Source of the DNA: a virus
Lineage: Duplodnaviria; Heunggongvirae; Uroviricota; Caudoviricetes
DNA: 64,000 nucleotides
Virus record (IMG/VR): IMGVR_UViG_3300012663_000707
Span: 6,897-70,896 of that record
Reading direction: 5' to 3' (one strand)
This document shows positions 35,764 to 45,996 of the stretch, piece after piece. Both the position numbers and the translations under genes were made by a program. Every line of letters starts with the position of its first letter. Positions within the stretch are counted from its first letter, which is position 1. The notes below the pieces were generated by a model. The model was not told the DNA's origin, searched no databases, and saw only the letters and a program-made list of their open reading frames with translations.

Positions 35764-37597
35764 TATTTTTAAGAAATTCATTGAATGTTAGGAAGTTACT
35801 CTCGTTAGTAGCCATTGACTGCTGAAGTTTATCCTTAAGCTCAGTATACATACCATGAATTGCTCTAGGTGTTAATTTTTTAAATGTCTTTTCGTCATCT
35901 TCTAACATTGCATTTCTAACTTGAGTAGCTGAAACATCATTGTCACCTCTTGTAATTTCAAATAAACCAAAGTCTGGTCTTACATTTAAATCATTTCTAT
36001 ACTCTTCTTTGTCTACTTGATATGAATAAGTCTTCATTCTATCAGTACCGGTACCCCATAAAACTGGTTCGTACTTGGGTCTAAGTTCATTAAACATCAA
36101 ATCAATACCAGCGCTTGGCAAGATAAATACATCTTGAATCGGGTAAGTACTCTTTAACGCTTCAAGCATTCTTACTTGTGTATCTTCATCATAAGGTCTA
36201 GAGAAAGCATCTTCTTTCTTTTTAGTCTTAGATTTAATTAAGAAGATTACAACTGGATAGCCATTTTGTTTCTGCATGTTCTCAATAACTTTGGCATGTC
36301 CTAATGTAAATGGTTGGAATCTACCAACAAACATATTTACCGGCATTTTACCATGGTCAGTTGTATTAACTTTTAATGCTTCCAAGATTGGACTAGTTTG
36401 CACTGATAAGTTTTGGTGTTTTAAATAAGATTGGAAATTCAATACGTCTCCTTCTTTTATTGTACCCATAACGATATTTTCTATTTCGTTCACAATATCA
36501 TTAATTTGAGCCATTAGATCAGCATTGATAATCGTGGTTTCTTTAGTTCTAATTTTTCTAAAAGAACCTAAGATAATTTTAAAAAGTTCAGCAACAACTT
36601 TATTTTGTACTAATGCAACCGTCTTTTCATTTTGAATATACTTAGTGTTCAATTCAAAACCTGGAATTGTTGCAAAGTCTGCTGAGTCGAAAGAAGCACC
36701 AATATACTTGGTAGCATTATCTTCCATATATGCATTAAAGATGATCGACATTAATTCTAAATATCTTTCATCTGTTTTTTCTGCTTTTAGTTCTACCTTA
36801 CTTAGATCATATTGAGCCATATACTCTACTAGATCTAAGATTGAGATTTGATACATGTCCGATGGAGCTCTATCCACTGGTGCTTTTTTATCAAATCTTT
36901 CTAGTTTAAAACTTTTAACGGCTTTACCATCAAAGAAATTTAAGATTAGGCAGTCGATTGGTTTATCAAGATCTCTATTTAACGCAGTGTTGTTTAGACC
37001 TTTATTAAAAATATTGTAAACATATCTTGTAAATGATCGATCATTAAAGTAAGATGTAAAATCGCCATCAGACATACTTAAGAGATCCGTTAACGCATCC
37101 TTTTGGTCCGACTGTAAGATTCCATTGTAAATAACTTGAGGTCGCTGTACTTCAAGATAATCAGCCCATTCGTTTAAAACTTTAGGATCTCTAATTACCT
37201 TTTTAACTTGAGTTAGATCTACAGGATTCAATACTTGAATATGAGTTAAAACCAAATGATTCTTTGGCAACATATCATATTCGATGTCTACTGTCTTTGG
37301 ATCTATCATATAGTCAAATCCAAATTTCCAGTCTACTGGCATCTTTTCTCTAACGTCGGCAGATAATGTGCCGAAATAATTAATAGCATTCTCGTAATAT
37401 TTTACGATCGTGCGATCAACTTTATCCATTTCACTTTTTTGACCACTTTTAAAATAGTCAAAGCCTTCCGATGTTTTTTTAACATGGAAAGAAGATGCTT
37501 GTATCTTTTCAGTAACAACGCATGGAACCGTTAATAAGTCCGTGAACTCATTAGTATTAGCCGATTCAAAATATGTTTTTAAGTTTTGTAGAGCCAT
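35759..37597 (-). CDS. large protein with C-terminal NMNAT-type (cytidylyltransferase-like) nucleotidyltransferase domain
   Basis: Class-I nucleotidyltransferase motifs GRFQPFTLGH (HxGH) and VSATQVRN (ISSTxxR) in the last 200 aa. The roughly 400-aa N-terminal part is unassigned. The C-terminus ends ...NFLTFNEFLKNI. Confidence 0.55.
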   Translation of the reverse strand: MALQNLKTYFESANTNEFTDLLTVPCVVTEKIQASSFHVKKTSEGFDYFKSGQKSEMDKVDRTIVKYYENAINYFGTLSADVREKMPVDWKFGFDYMIDPKTVDIEYDMLPKNHLVLTHIQVLNPVDLTQVKKVIRDPKVLNEWADYLEVQRPQVIYNGILQSDQKDALTDLLSMSDGDFTSYFNDRSFTRYVYNIFNKGLNNTALNRDLDKPIDCLILNFFDGKAVKSFKLERFDKKAPVDRAPSDMYQISILDLVEYMAQYDLSKVELKAEKTDERYLELMSIIFNAYMEDNATKYIGASFDSADFATIPGFELNTKYIQNEKTVALVQNKVVAELFKIILGSFRKIRTKETTIINADLMAQINDIVNEIENIVMGTIKEGDVLNFQSYLKHQNLSVQTSPILEALKVNTTDHGKMPVNMFVGRFQPFTLGHAKVIENMQKQNGYPVVIFLIKSKTKKKEDAFSRPYDEDTQVRMLEALKSTYPIQDVFILPSAGIDLMFNELRPKYEPVLWGTGTDRMKTYSYQVDKEEYRNDLNVRPDFGLFEITRGDNDVSATQVRNAMLEDDEKTFKKLTPRAIHGMYTELKDKLQQSMATNESNFLTFNEFLKNI

Positions 37598-37601
37598 TCT
37601 T

Positions 37602-39002
37602 TTATCTACCGTATTTAATGATACCCATTAGTTGGTTAATTGCAGCAAAGGTACCTGTTAATTTGTAAGTATGTCCTTTGTATCTGAATACTAGGCCTTC
37701 TGTCGGAATGATGGATTGTACACCACCGATTCTATCCAATCTAGCAAGTTCAGATTCTACTTTATCTATCTGTTTTTGGTCACCGCCTTTTCTAACGTTT
37801 TCAGCTGCATTTTTAATCTCGTTATGCAACCTTTGCATTTCTTTATCTGGTGACAAAGCTAAAAAGTTAGAAGCATTTTTAAGGATGATCGAACCTAGTT
37901 CTAAGAAAATATCTTCAAAAGGTCTAATGTTTTCTTTATACTTCTTTTTTGCATCTTCTTTATCAAATTGCTTGATTGCAGCTTCTTGTTCTTTGCTTAA
38001 AGACTTTCCTAAATCTCTTAGATTCAAAGTCTTCTTGTCATCGTAAGCCCATCTTAACATTAAACCTTCTTTAATGTCTTGTGGCATTTCTCCAAAGATA
38101 GCATCGATTTGTTCTCTCCACCACATTTCGTGGTATTTAGAAACTGGATCTGAATCCATTAAACCATATTGGTCTCTTAATGCTTCGATCTTTTTGATAA
38201 ATTTATCTTTGTTAGTATCAAAGTCGATGTCTTTTCTTAGTTGAATGATTTGTGGGGGAATTATTGTAAATTTAGAACCTACGTTTGCATTCAATTCTTT
38301 TAATACTTTAGCGATCTCTGACGCAGCTTTAGGCTGTTCATTAATGATATTACCTTCGCCATCAGTTTCTTTAATACCATGGAACTGGATCACATCTACA
38401 TCATAATGAATTACATTAGGATTAAGTGAATAGATCAACTCCATGTTCATAAAGTTCTTTCCATTTTGGAAAGTGCTATCTTGTACACCTTTTGGAAGTC
38501 TAATTAATAGACTTGCCAAATCCGCTGCTGCGAATTGAAAAGTATCTTGTACTAATTTGCTAGGGTGTCCTTCAAACTTAGATTGGAAATCAGCAAGAGA
38601 CATCGGTAATTTCATATCACCTTTATTTCTTGCAAATTTAACTTCACCATCTTGGATAGTAGCAAATACATTTTGACCATCTGTTTTTTCAGTCGGTTGC
38701 TCTTCAAAATTAAGTTCACCTTGTAAACCTGATTCTGCCATAGCTTTTAAATCGCCGAAAGTCAAATCCTTATTATCAAATGGGTGTGACATGTGTCCTG
38801 CTGCACCACCTTCTAATACAAGTTGGTTAAACATTTTAGCTTCATATGTTTGTACAAAGCCTTCTGTTAAAAATTGATCTAAGTTAAGTAATTTCATTTC
38901 TTTATAATCTATTAAAGACCCAGTTGCCCAGGTCTTTTGTTTTGTTTGTTTTATTAAGCTTCTTGTGAAATCATTGCTTGAATAACATTGCTTGAGATCC
39001 AA
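37602..39002 (-). CDS. hypothetical protein with KxDG nucleotidyltransferase-like motif (ligase-like candidate), CTS-like MKLLNLDQFLTEG near the N-terminus
   Basis: EKTDGQNVFATIQDGEVKF resembles ligase/capping motif I (KxDG); other ligase motifs were not confidently located. Confidence 0.3.
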   Translation of the reverse strand: MDLKQCYSSNDFTRSLIKQTKQKTWATGSLIDYKEMKLLNLDQFLTEGFVQTYEAKMFNQLVLEGGAAGHMSHPFDNKDLTFGDLKAMAESGLQGELNFEEQPTEKTDGQNVFATIQDGEVKFARNKGDMKLPMSLADFQSKFEGHPSKLVQDTFQFAAADLASLLIRLPKGVQDSTFQNGKNFMNMELIYSLNPNVIHYDVDVIQFHGIKETDGEGNIINEQPKAASEIAKVLKELNANVGSKFTIIPPQIIQLRKDIDFDTNKDKFIKKIEALRDQYGLMDSDPVSKYHEMWWREQIDAIFGEMPQDIKEGLMLRWAYDDKKTLNLRDLGKSLSKEQEAAIKQFDKEDAKKKYKENIRPFEDIFLELGSIILKNASNFLALSPDKEMQRLHNEIKNAAENVRKGGDQKQIDKVESELARLDRIGGVQSIIPTEGLVFRYKGHTYKLTGTFAAINQLMGIIKYGR

Positions 39003-40315
39003 CCTGCTTTTTTAAAGAATTCTTGTGCTAATTTCTTAATATTTTGAATTTGTGCACCTTTGATGCGATTTTCAGCACCGTCAGCTTCTTGATTCCAGTA
39101 AACTACTGCATCTTCGAATGTATCTTCAAAATCTTTAGATTTCACTTCGTGTTCTTTTTGACCTTGACCAGAAGTATCTGTATTGTAATCCGACCAGTAT
39201 TTAACATCAATTGATTCGTTTGAAACTGATTCTCCTAAAGAACTTGTTAACATACCAACACATTTACCATAGTCACCATCACATTTACCAAGGATACCTG
39301 TAACTACATCATTTGCTTTAGCCTCATCAAAATCAGCACCAAATGCTTTTTTCAAAATAGTCATTGCATATTCTTTAAACTCATCATCAGATTTAATCTC
39401 TGCTGCTTCATTTAATGTAGACTCTTTAATGTATTCTGCTAATTCAGGCTCATCCCAACCTGCAGTAGGATCTGATAATACTGTTGTTAGATCTTTTTTA
39501 CTACCGGTTAATTTTACTTCCCATCCTGCAGGATTTTCACCTAGTACTTTCATCTTAACGTTATTCTTCTTTAATAACTTTTTAAGGTTTTCATCTTCTG
39601 GTTGTAATGCATCAAGGTTAATTGTAGCTTCATGTAGTTTGCTCTCGTTAAACAGTCCATTGAAATCATCAATCAACGCTTGGCCAGTTCCAGCCATACC
39701 AATTGAATCTAAATATAAACCGGTACCTTCAACGATTGTAATACCACCCCACTCGCCAGCACTTGAAATTCTACTATAAACGCTATCTAAATAAGCATTA
39801 ATAGTTTGTGGTCCAACTGCAACTGCAAAGTTTCCTAATTCCGGAGAATTAATCGTAATTGTTTTAAATTTAGAAGGTGCTCTGAAGAGTTTAAGCAATT
39901 GGTAACCTTCTTTAGCAAAGTTTGCATCTTCCATAGCTAACCAAAAAAGTTGTCTTAGAGCCATAATATGTACTTCTTTATCTTTTGTAAGCAATGTTGC
40001 TTCAGTAAAGATTTTATTATATACATTGAATACTTTGTTAGCGCCTCTCTTAGAAGAAACTTTAACAGCTTCAGTAACTGAATCGCCATCGATCACCATT
40101 GATTCGCTGATCCCTTGACCTCTTAATTTTTCAAAGAATTCTGATCTTTGTTCTTCTGCTAATTCTTTAACTGTTGCAACACCATACTCTGATAATAGAG
40201 CTTTGAATGTGTTTGCTGAATTAGTTCTTTTTGCTTCTTGTTCTTCTCTGATAGCCGCTTGTGTTTGTTCAGCTTTCTGACTTGAGAATTGTTCAAATGA
40301 TACTAGTTTATTCAT
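38954..40315 (-). CDS. hypothetical protein (453 aa) with CTS-like N-terminus (MNKLVSFEQFSS)
   Basis: Long ORF; shares the N-terminal motif. Confidence 0.5.
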   Translation of the reverse strand: MNKLVSFEQFSSQKAEQTQAAIREEQEAKRTNSANTFKALLSEYGVATVKELAEEQRSEFFEKLRGQGISESMVIDGDSVTEAVKVSSKRGANKVFNVYNKIFTEATLLTKDKEVHIMALRQLFWLAMEDANFAKEGYQLLKLFRAPSKFKTITINSPELGNFAVAVGPQTINAYLDSVYSRISSAGEWGGITIVEGTGLYLDSIGMAGTGQALIDDFNGLFNESKLHEATINLDALQPEDENLKKLLKKNNVKMKVLGENPAGWEVKLTGSKKDLTTVLSDPTAGWDEPELAEYIKESTLNEAAEIKSDDEFKEYAMTILKKAFGADFDEAKANDVVTGILGKCDGDYGKCVGMLTSSLGESVSNESIDVKYWSDYNTDTSGQGQKEHEVKSKDFEDTFEDAVVYWNQEADGAENRIKGAQIQNIKKLAQEFFKKAGWISSNVIQAMISQEA

Positions 40316-40348
40316 TTTAATTATTTTTTGTTTTTCAAGATTATTAGA

Positions 40349-41857
40349 TTATATATCCCCCTCAAAAGATACATTTTTTATTTCGTATTGAAACTTCTGT
40401 TCTTTATAGATTTTTTGTCTAGACTTAGCATGTCGCATTAGATAGTTATCCCAATCAGGTGATGATATGTCATCTACAAAATCAATGATATTAACAATGT
40501 CTTTTGATTGATGTTGTCTTAGACCTCTACCAATCGATTGACGTATGATTACTTCTGATTTGAAGGACTCCGTAAAGAAAATGTTGTGTATCTTTTTAAT
40601 TGAGATACCAGTTGAGAATGTACCGTAAGATGCTACGATTACGATTTCTTCACCGGCTTCCATTTTCTTTTTAAACTCTTCTCGTATATCTTTGTCGATA
40701 CCTCCATCAACATAATAGACCGTCTTGTCACTCTCTTGGCGAAGCTTTTCATATATCTTTTTACCGTGTTCAATTCTATGGAATAATACCAAACTATTCC
40801 TGCGTACTCTGGAAATAATGCTGCAAATAAAGTTAAGGCGACCTGGGGAATTGATGATATAATTTTGTTCAAATTTAAAAACATCTTTACTTTCATATTT
40901 ATTAAATGCCATTTCTCTAAAAGCATTCTTAGCAGATTCAGGTGCATAGTTCATCTGAATCACTTTAACTTGACATTTAGCAATGTGGCCTTCGTTCTGT
41001 AAGAAATTTGCACTTACATCTGCGATTACTGGACCTGTATATGACATTAGTGTCAATCGATCCAAAGTACCAGGTTTAGGTATTGTACCTGATAAACCAA
41101 ATCTATAATTTGCTTTAGTACACTTCTGTAAAATCGTCTTGATTGAAGCCGATTTTGCTTTATGTGTTTCATCAATTATAACAGCATCAAACTGTTCAAA
41201 ATATTCTTTCTCTTTTTTAACTAGAGATTGATAAGTTCCAATTACAACATTTCTACCTGGTCTAATCTTCTGTCCACTATATATTTGCTGGATTTTGATT
41301 GGCACTCTATTTTGCCAATTGTACTCGGTAAAATCTTCAGTAGCTTGTACTACCAAAGATACGTTTGGAACTATAAATAGAATCTTTTCAGCCTTTTGTT
41401 TTTCTAGCATATAAGCTACAGTCATAAAGGAGATCATTGTCTTTCCAGCAGAGGTTGCTAGTTCAGCAAGACATTTTCTAAATTTAAGGATATTAAACGC
41501 AGCTTCAATTTGATAATCGTGTGGTGTTAATTTATAACCATCAAAGAAATCAATTGCCCATTTTTCAAATGGTTCAGTTTGGATATTTTTATCGAATAGA
41601 TTAGTAATACCGTTGATCTTTAATTCATAACGGTATTCCTTACATATATTCATGACTTCACGCCAAAGACCTGCTGGAATCCATTTATCTTCTTTAATAT
41701 AAGAGATATAACCGTCCCAGAGTCCTTTCTTTACTAAAGGGTGAAATCTCCAGTTTTCTACCCTTCGGTTTAACGAAATATTCAATTGCTCGATTTCCAT
41801 CTCGGAAGCCGAATCAATTCGCAGCAACTGCATATTTTCTGTTAAACTTATTTCCAT
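40349..41857 (-). CDS. SF2 DNA/RNA helicase (UvsW-like candidate)
   Basis: Motif I AELATSAGKT, motif II IIDETHKA (DExH), and motif VI QSIGRGLRQ. Confidence 0.8.
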   Translation of the reverse strand: MEISLTENMQLLRIDSASEMEIEQLNISLNRRVENWRFHPLVKKGLWDGYISYIKEDKWIPAGLWREVMNICKEYRYELKINGITNLFDKNIQTEPFEKWAIDFFDGYKLTPHDYQIEAAFNILKFRKCLAELATSAGKTMISFMTVAYMLEKQKAEKILFIVPNVSLVVQATEDFTEYNWQNRVPIKIQQIYSGQKIRPGRNVVIGTYQSLVKKEKEYFEQFDAVIIDETHKAKSASIKTILQKCTKANYRFGLSGTIPKPGTLDRLTLMSYTGPVIADVSANFLQNEGHIAKCQVKVIQMNYAPESAKNAFREMAFNKYESKDVFKFEQNYIINSPGRLNFICSIISRVRRNSLVLFHRIEHGKKIYEKLRQESDKTVYYVDGGIDKDIREEFKKKMEAGEEIVIVASYGTFSTGISIKKIHNIFFTESFKSEVIIRQSIGRGLRQHQSKDIVNIIDFVDDISSPDWDNYLMRHAKSRQKIYKEQKFQYEIKNVSFEGDI

Positions 41858-41881
41858 TATCTTTAATTCTGTTTCTTCTCC

Positions 41882-42304
41882 TTATAGATCTTTTAATGCA
41901 AGTCTATTTCGGATGGCAAAGCCCATGTTATCCAAAGTCTTTACCGACTCCCTGAAAAAGTCAAGTTGATTTTCAAGGTGTGAAAGTATCATATTGTCTG
42001 CTTCAAGATCATTCTCAATAAAGCGTTCTTTCTGTTTTTCAGCTAATTTATAGTCGTACTCATAGTATCTAATATATGCGTCTCTATAACGACTATTGAG
42101 TTTTGCTTTCTGTTCTTTTACCTTTACGTTAACATATGCAATCTGATCGATTAACATTTGTCTAGAAGATAGAACATCTGCAATTGTTGACTCAAGTGTA
42201 TTAAGATGTCTTAAACTCTGTGCAAGTTCTTTAATCTTATCTGACCATTCGGTCCTTTGTTGACTTAACTTACCGTCAAGTGCTAATATTTTTTCTTTGC
42301 TCAT
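41882..42304 (-). CDS. hypothetical coiled-coil protein (140 aa)
   Basis: ORF in the operon. Confidence 0.45.
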   Translation of the reverse strand: MSKEKILALDGKLSQQRTEWSDKIKELAQSLRHLNTLESTIADVLSSRQMLIDQIAYVNVKVKEQKAKLNSRYRDAYIRYYEYDYKLAEKQKERFIENDLEADNMILSHLENQLDFFRESVKTLDNMGFAIRNRLALKDL

Positions 42305-42314
42305 TTCTTAATTT

Positions 42315-42530
42315 TTAAAAGAGCGACTTATCATTCCCTTTAGGTTTAATGTAAGTGCTTATTGTTTGTTTCTTTTTAAACTTGGGCTTCCCCGGATCAA
42401 AAGAAGGTGTTTCAACCTTGATATTAATCTGGTTGAAATCTATCAGCAGCTTCATTTGTTTAAACCTAGCTCCGTCTCTATAAAAATCGTCTAGTTGATC
42501 TTCCACTTCAAAACTTTTTATACGTACCAT
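42315..42530 (-). CDS. hypothetical small protein (71 aa)
   Basis: ORF overlapping the primase end. Confidence 0.35.
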   Translation of the reverse strand: MVRIKSFEVEDQLDDFYRDGARFKQMKLLIDFNQINIKVETPSFDPGKPKFKKKQTISTYIKPKGNDKSLF

Positions 42531-43594
42531 AGGTCTAATTGACTTGATGTAAAATACTGATCTATCTTTTTGTGCGCGTTATTCTTTAGCTCAAAACATT
42601 TTAACATCAGATCGTTTAGATCCTTTATATTATATGTATCTAGCCCATTTTCTTTAAGGAATTTAGACCACATGAATACTGGTCTGCCTCTCTTTAGTTT
42701 CTCTGCCATTTTCTTTCTACCGGTATCATCATTATCAAACATATACCTAACTGTAGCCATTTGATCGAATTCTTCAGTAGATCTACCTGCAGTTGCTAAT
42801 GCAATAGAGTTATGCATGAACTTAGCATCGATCGGACCTTCAAATAAAGTTACTGATTGCTGGAAATTGATTTGCATGATACCAAAGAGTGTAGAAGCTT
42901 TGTTGACATGGTTTAGAGCCTCTGGTTCGAGGTTTAATTCTTTCCCCATCTCATCATACAGTTTTCCTAGATCATACGTTAGATAGCGTGTACCATAGCC
43001 TTTCATACGTCTAATTTGTGCACCCATAATTTTACCGGTGTTTGTTAGATTTAAAATCCATAGACGATGGCCCTTTGGACTATAAAGAAATTCTTCACTT
43101 CTTTTATGTAGAAGTCTTTCTTTAAGTTTAAACCAGATCCAATCTCCAGGCTCGATCTTTGTTGCACCAAAATGCTTTTTAAATTCATCAACTGTAATTG
43201 CCAATTCTTCAACCTTAACCATGACTTCATGTTTCATGGTATCAGCATCTTCAGCTTTGGTTTTATGTTGTTGAATAAAATCGATTACTGCAAATGAGTC
43301 TTCAGATTTATCTAACTTTAAATTATGATCTTTAAGAAGGGTATGGACATTAGAGTGTTGACTACAATTATAACAGTGATATTGTAGAGTGTCCCAGTAC
43401 ATATTGCCACGTTTCTTCGTGTCATCTGTATATGAATCGCCACAATAAGGACAAGCCAGGGTTATTCGCCCTGGCATGTTCTTAAGTAGTTGCTTGTTAG
43501 GAGTTGAATGTTCTTGAACAACTAAGGCTTTAAGCGCTAGTTTGATCTTCTCCTTAAGCTTTTCAGTTAATTGTATGTTAGATGTCGAGGTCAT
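42518..43594 (-). CDS. DNA primase, zinc-ribbon plus TOPRIM (T4 gp61-like)
   Basis: N-terminal CPYCGDSY...CYNCSQH zinc finger; C-terminal FDNDDTGRKK (DxD TOPRIM). Confidence 0.75.
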   Translation of the reverse strand: MTSTSNIQLTEKLKEKIKLALKALVVQEHSTPNKQLLKNMPGRITLACPYCGDSYTDDTKKRGNMYWDTLQYHCYNCSQHSNVHTLLKDHNLKLDKSEDSFAVIDFIQQHKTKAEDADTMKHEVMVKVEELAITVDEFKKHFGATKIEPGDWIWFKLKERLLHKRSEEFLYSPKGHRLWILNLTNTGKIMGAQIRRMKGYGTRYLTYDLGKLYDEMGKELNLEPEALNHVNKASTLFGIMQINFQQSVTLFEGPIDAKFMHNSIALATAGRSTEEFDQMATVRYMFDNDDTGRKKMAEKLKRGRPVFMWSKFLKENGLDTYNIKDLNDLMLKCFELKNNAHKKIDQYFTSSQLDLWYV

Positions 43595-44528
43595 TCAAGA
43601 AAGCATCTAAGTCATCTTCAGAATTAACGTTGTTTTTGGCTGCTGGACTTTCATCCACTCCAAAGCCAAAGTCTTCATCATTAGATGTTGCTTCTCCAGC
43701 TGCTTCAGCAACTTTGCTTTTTGCAGGAGCTGCTTTACTTTCTTTCTTGCTTGATCCTGTAATTTCAGCGATTGAGTCACCTGGATTCAAATACATACGT
43801 AATACGTTATTAACGAAGTTACGTGTTTCTTCATCCCATACTTTGTAATCATAAGTATCCAAAGAAGGTGCAGCATCTAATTCTGCTTTAATTACAGACA
43901 TACTTTCTTTACTACGTTCTGCTGGTTTACCGTCAAGTGCGATAGATGAGCGAGTAGATGAGAATTTAGATTTGTCATAGTTGTTGAATTCACCTTGACG
44001 GTTAATGATCAACTCAAAGTTCTTACCTTCAAAAAGGTCGAATACTTGTGTTGGCTCACCAAAGTCTGGTTTCAATTCAGCATCAATTTTCTCTTTGATC
44101 TTGTAACCAAATTTGAAGATCTTGTAAGTACCTTCTAATTCTGGGTTTTGAGGATCTTTAACGATTTTGATCAATGCGTAGTACTGCTCGCGTCTTTTAA
44201 GCTTTTCAGAAGCTTTACGATCTACTGCTGAATCTGATTTACGAAGTTTCCAGAATACATCAGCAATTGGACACTTTTCACCGATAGATGAAGGAGAGTC
44301 AACAAGCTTACCGTCTCCTGAAGAATCAGTTAACCAGTGTACGTACTTTTGAATTAGTGATTTACGTGGGTTTGATGGATTAGGAACGAAACGAATCATC
44401 GCTTTGTAGGTTCCATCTTTGCCGTCATCGGCTGTTGGTTTGTAGATCTCTGTTGATGATCCGCTTTTTTGGGGTTGGTGGGTTTCCACGTCTTCCACGC
44501 CCAAGTTAAAAATGTCAAATTCTGCCAT
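43578..44528 (-). CDS. ssDNA-binding protein (T4 gp32-like)
   Basis: YKAMIRFVPNPSNPRK parallels gp32 GQAVIRFLPSKND. A long acidic C-tail ...EDDLDAFLNDLDI is typical of SSB protein-interaction tails. Confidence 0.65.
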   Translation of the reverse strand: MAEFDIFNLGVEDVETHQPQKSGSSTEIYKPTADDGKDGTYKAMIRFVPNPSNPRKSLIQKYVHWLTDSSGDGKLVDSPSSIGEKCPIADVFWKLRKSDSAVDRKASEKLKRREQYYALIKIVKDPQNPELEGTYKIFKFGYKIKEKIDAELKPDFGEPTQVFDLFEGKNFELIINRQGEFNNYDKSKFSSTRSSIALDGKPAERSKESMSVIKAELDAAPSLDTYDYKVWDEETRNFVNNVLRMYLNPGDSIAEITGSSKKESKAAPAKSKVAEAAGEATSNDEDFGFGVDESPAAKNNVNSEDDLDAFLNDLDI

Positions 44529-44609
44529 GTCTTTAATACTTTAATTTTGTTAAATTGGTTATCTGTTAAAAAACTTTTAAGTGTCTTTCGAAACTTATAG
44601 TGTACGCAA

Positions 44610-44792
44610 TTAAATAGTTTCAGGCGAATGAAGGGTTAATACAGAATTTTCATCTTGTCTCCAGAGGTCTCCTTCAAGCTTAAGTAGCCCTGACTTATGG
44701 AGGAAGTCTTCACGCTCAACATTTGTGATGCGTTCTTCTCTAACCATATTAACTAGGATCTCGTTGAGTCTAATGTAGTGTATTGTTACCAT
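44610..44792 (-). CDS. hypothetical small protein (60 aa from ATG; the track's longer version uses a GTG start)
   Basis: Isolated small ORF flanked by two hairpins (ggaacaata...tattgttcc and tagtttc-gca-gaaacta). Confidence 0.3.
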   Translation of the reverse strand: MVTIHYIRLNEILVNMVREERITNVEREDFLHKSGLLKLEGDLWRQDENSVLTLHSPETI

Positions 44793-44960
44793 TCTAAATT
44801 TGCCCACAACATATAGTCATTGTGTACATATTATATATCTGATCTCTGCTTAGTTTCGCAGAAACTAAATAAAATTATTTTGAATCTTTTTGTAAATAGT
44901 TTGGAACAATAGCCTGGGCCTTGCATATAAGTATTGTTCCTTTTGGAAAGGTAAGGTTAG

Positions 44961-45608
44961 CTAAGAGCCAGAAGCACACAAAGCAGCCAGAAAGAATGCA
45001 TCAACAAGGTCATCAAGCGGTTTAGGAATCTTCTTATCGCACTCTAAAGCAGAAACATAGCTAAAGAACTGGCTTTTAAGCAGAGACTTATCTTCAATAC
45101 GATTTGTTTGGAAAGCCATAAACAATTCAGTCTTATTCATATTACCTTTACCTGCAAATTTCTTTAGTGATGTCGGTGCAATAGTTCTAATATCATCTGG
45201 CTTCAAAGTCTTAAGAATCTTAAGTTTTAAAATCGCTGCTCCTGCTGCCATATCGATCATATTATTGGTTCCCATCTTAGAACCATAAGAAGTTCCTTCG
45301 AACGCAATAATAAAGCCGTCACCAGCAAATGAGTTTTGTAATATTAAATTAATGATGTCATCAGCCATTCGATCATATCTTTTGATCTTTGCTAATTCTC
45401 CATCTGAATAACCTTCTTCTTTTGTAAAATCAGGTTGATGGATTAAAGTTACATCTGAAAGCAGACCAATTTCTTCCTGCAGCTTTTGTTCAGCTTTAGT
45501 TCCGGTCTTCAGTTTAATGTAACTTATAAAATGGTATTTTTTACTCTTATCGTTATAGACACAAATGCCTGGCGAGTTAAGAGAATAATCGACTGCTACA
45601 AAATTCAT
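44961..45608 (-). CDS. RuvC-like Holliday junction resolvase
   Basis: VAVDYSLNSPGICV (N-terminal catalytic Asp), AFEGTSYG (Glu), and C-terminal LDDLVDAFFLAA acidic pair in RuvC-fold order. Confidence 0.5.
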   Translation of the reverse strand: MNFVAVDYSLNSPGICVYNDKSKKYHFISYIKLKTGTKAEQKLQEEIGLLSDVTLIHQPDFTKEEGYSDGELAKIKRYDRMADDIINLILQNSFAGDGFIIAFEGTSYGSKMGTNNMIDMAAGAAILKLKILKTLKPDDIRTIAPTSLKKFAGKGNMNKTELFMAFQTNRIEDKSLLKSQFFSYVSALECDKKIPKPLDDLVDAFFLAALCASGS

Positions 45609-45986
45609 TTATACACGTTTACCGATAGAAGCACCTAAAGCGGTACCAACTAATCTTGATGTTAATAGATCAAATAAGATACCTCTTTCAACACCTAATA
45701 CTCTACAGATCATAGAACCTATAGATTTACCTAATGCAAATCCGGTTAAACCACCAATAATAGAACCTAATAGTCCTTCATTAGTAATCTCTTCATTAAG
45801 ACGATCTAAATCAAATGTACCATCTTCATTCTGATACTCTTTAATAAAGGCATCGATCGCTTCATTTACTTTAGCTTCTAATTCCGGAGTCCATTCTGAT
45901 TGTAATCCTTCTTTAAGCATTTGTAGATCTTCTTCTGTATATTGATTCTCCGTTAGGTAATCGTTAAAAGTCTTAATGTTTTCCAT
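45609..45986 (-). CDS. glycine-zipper membrane protein (holin or membrane-active candidate) with CTS-like N-terminus (KTFNDYLTE)
   Basis: C-terminal GSIIGGLTGFALGKSIGS and VGTALGASIG GxxxG repeats. Confidence 0.45.
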   Translation of the reverse strand: MENIKTFNDYLTENQYTEEDLQMLKEGLQSEWTPELEAKVNEAIDAFIKEYQNEDGTFDLDRLNEEITNEGLLGSIIGGLTGFALGKSIGSMICRVLGVERGILFDLLTSRLVGTALGASIGKRV

Positions 45987-45996
45987 ATTTTATATA

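Noticed and set aside
40639-40947. Internal minus-strand ORFs in alternative frames (40639..40947, 16381..16677, 2926..3108, 20433..20633, 30978..31172, 57607..57813)
   Set aside because: Fully nested within larger, motif-supported genes in a different frame; no independent support.
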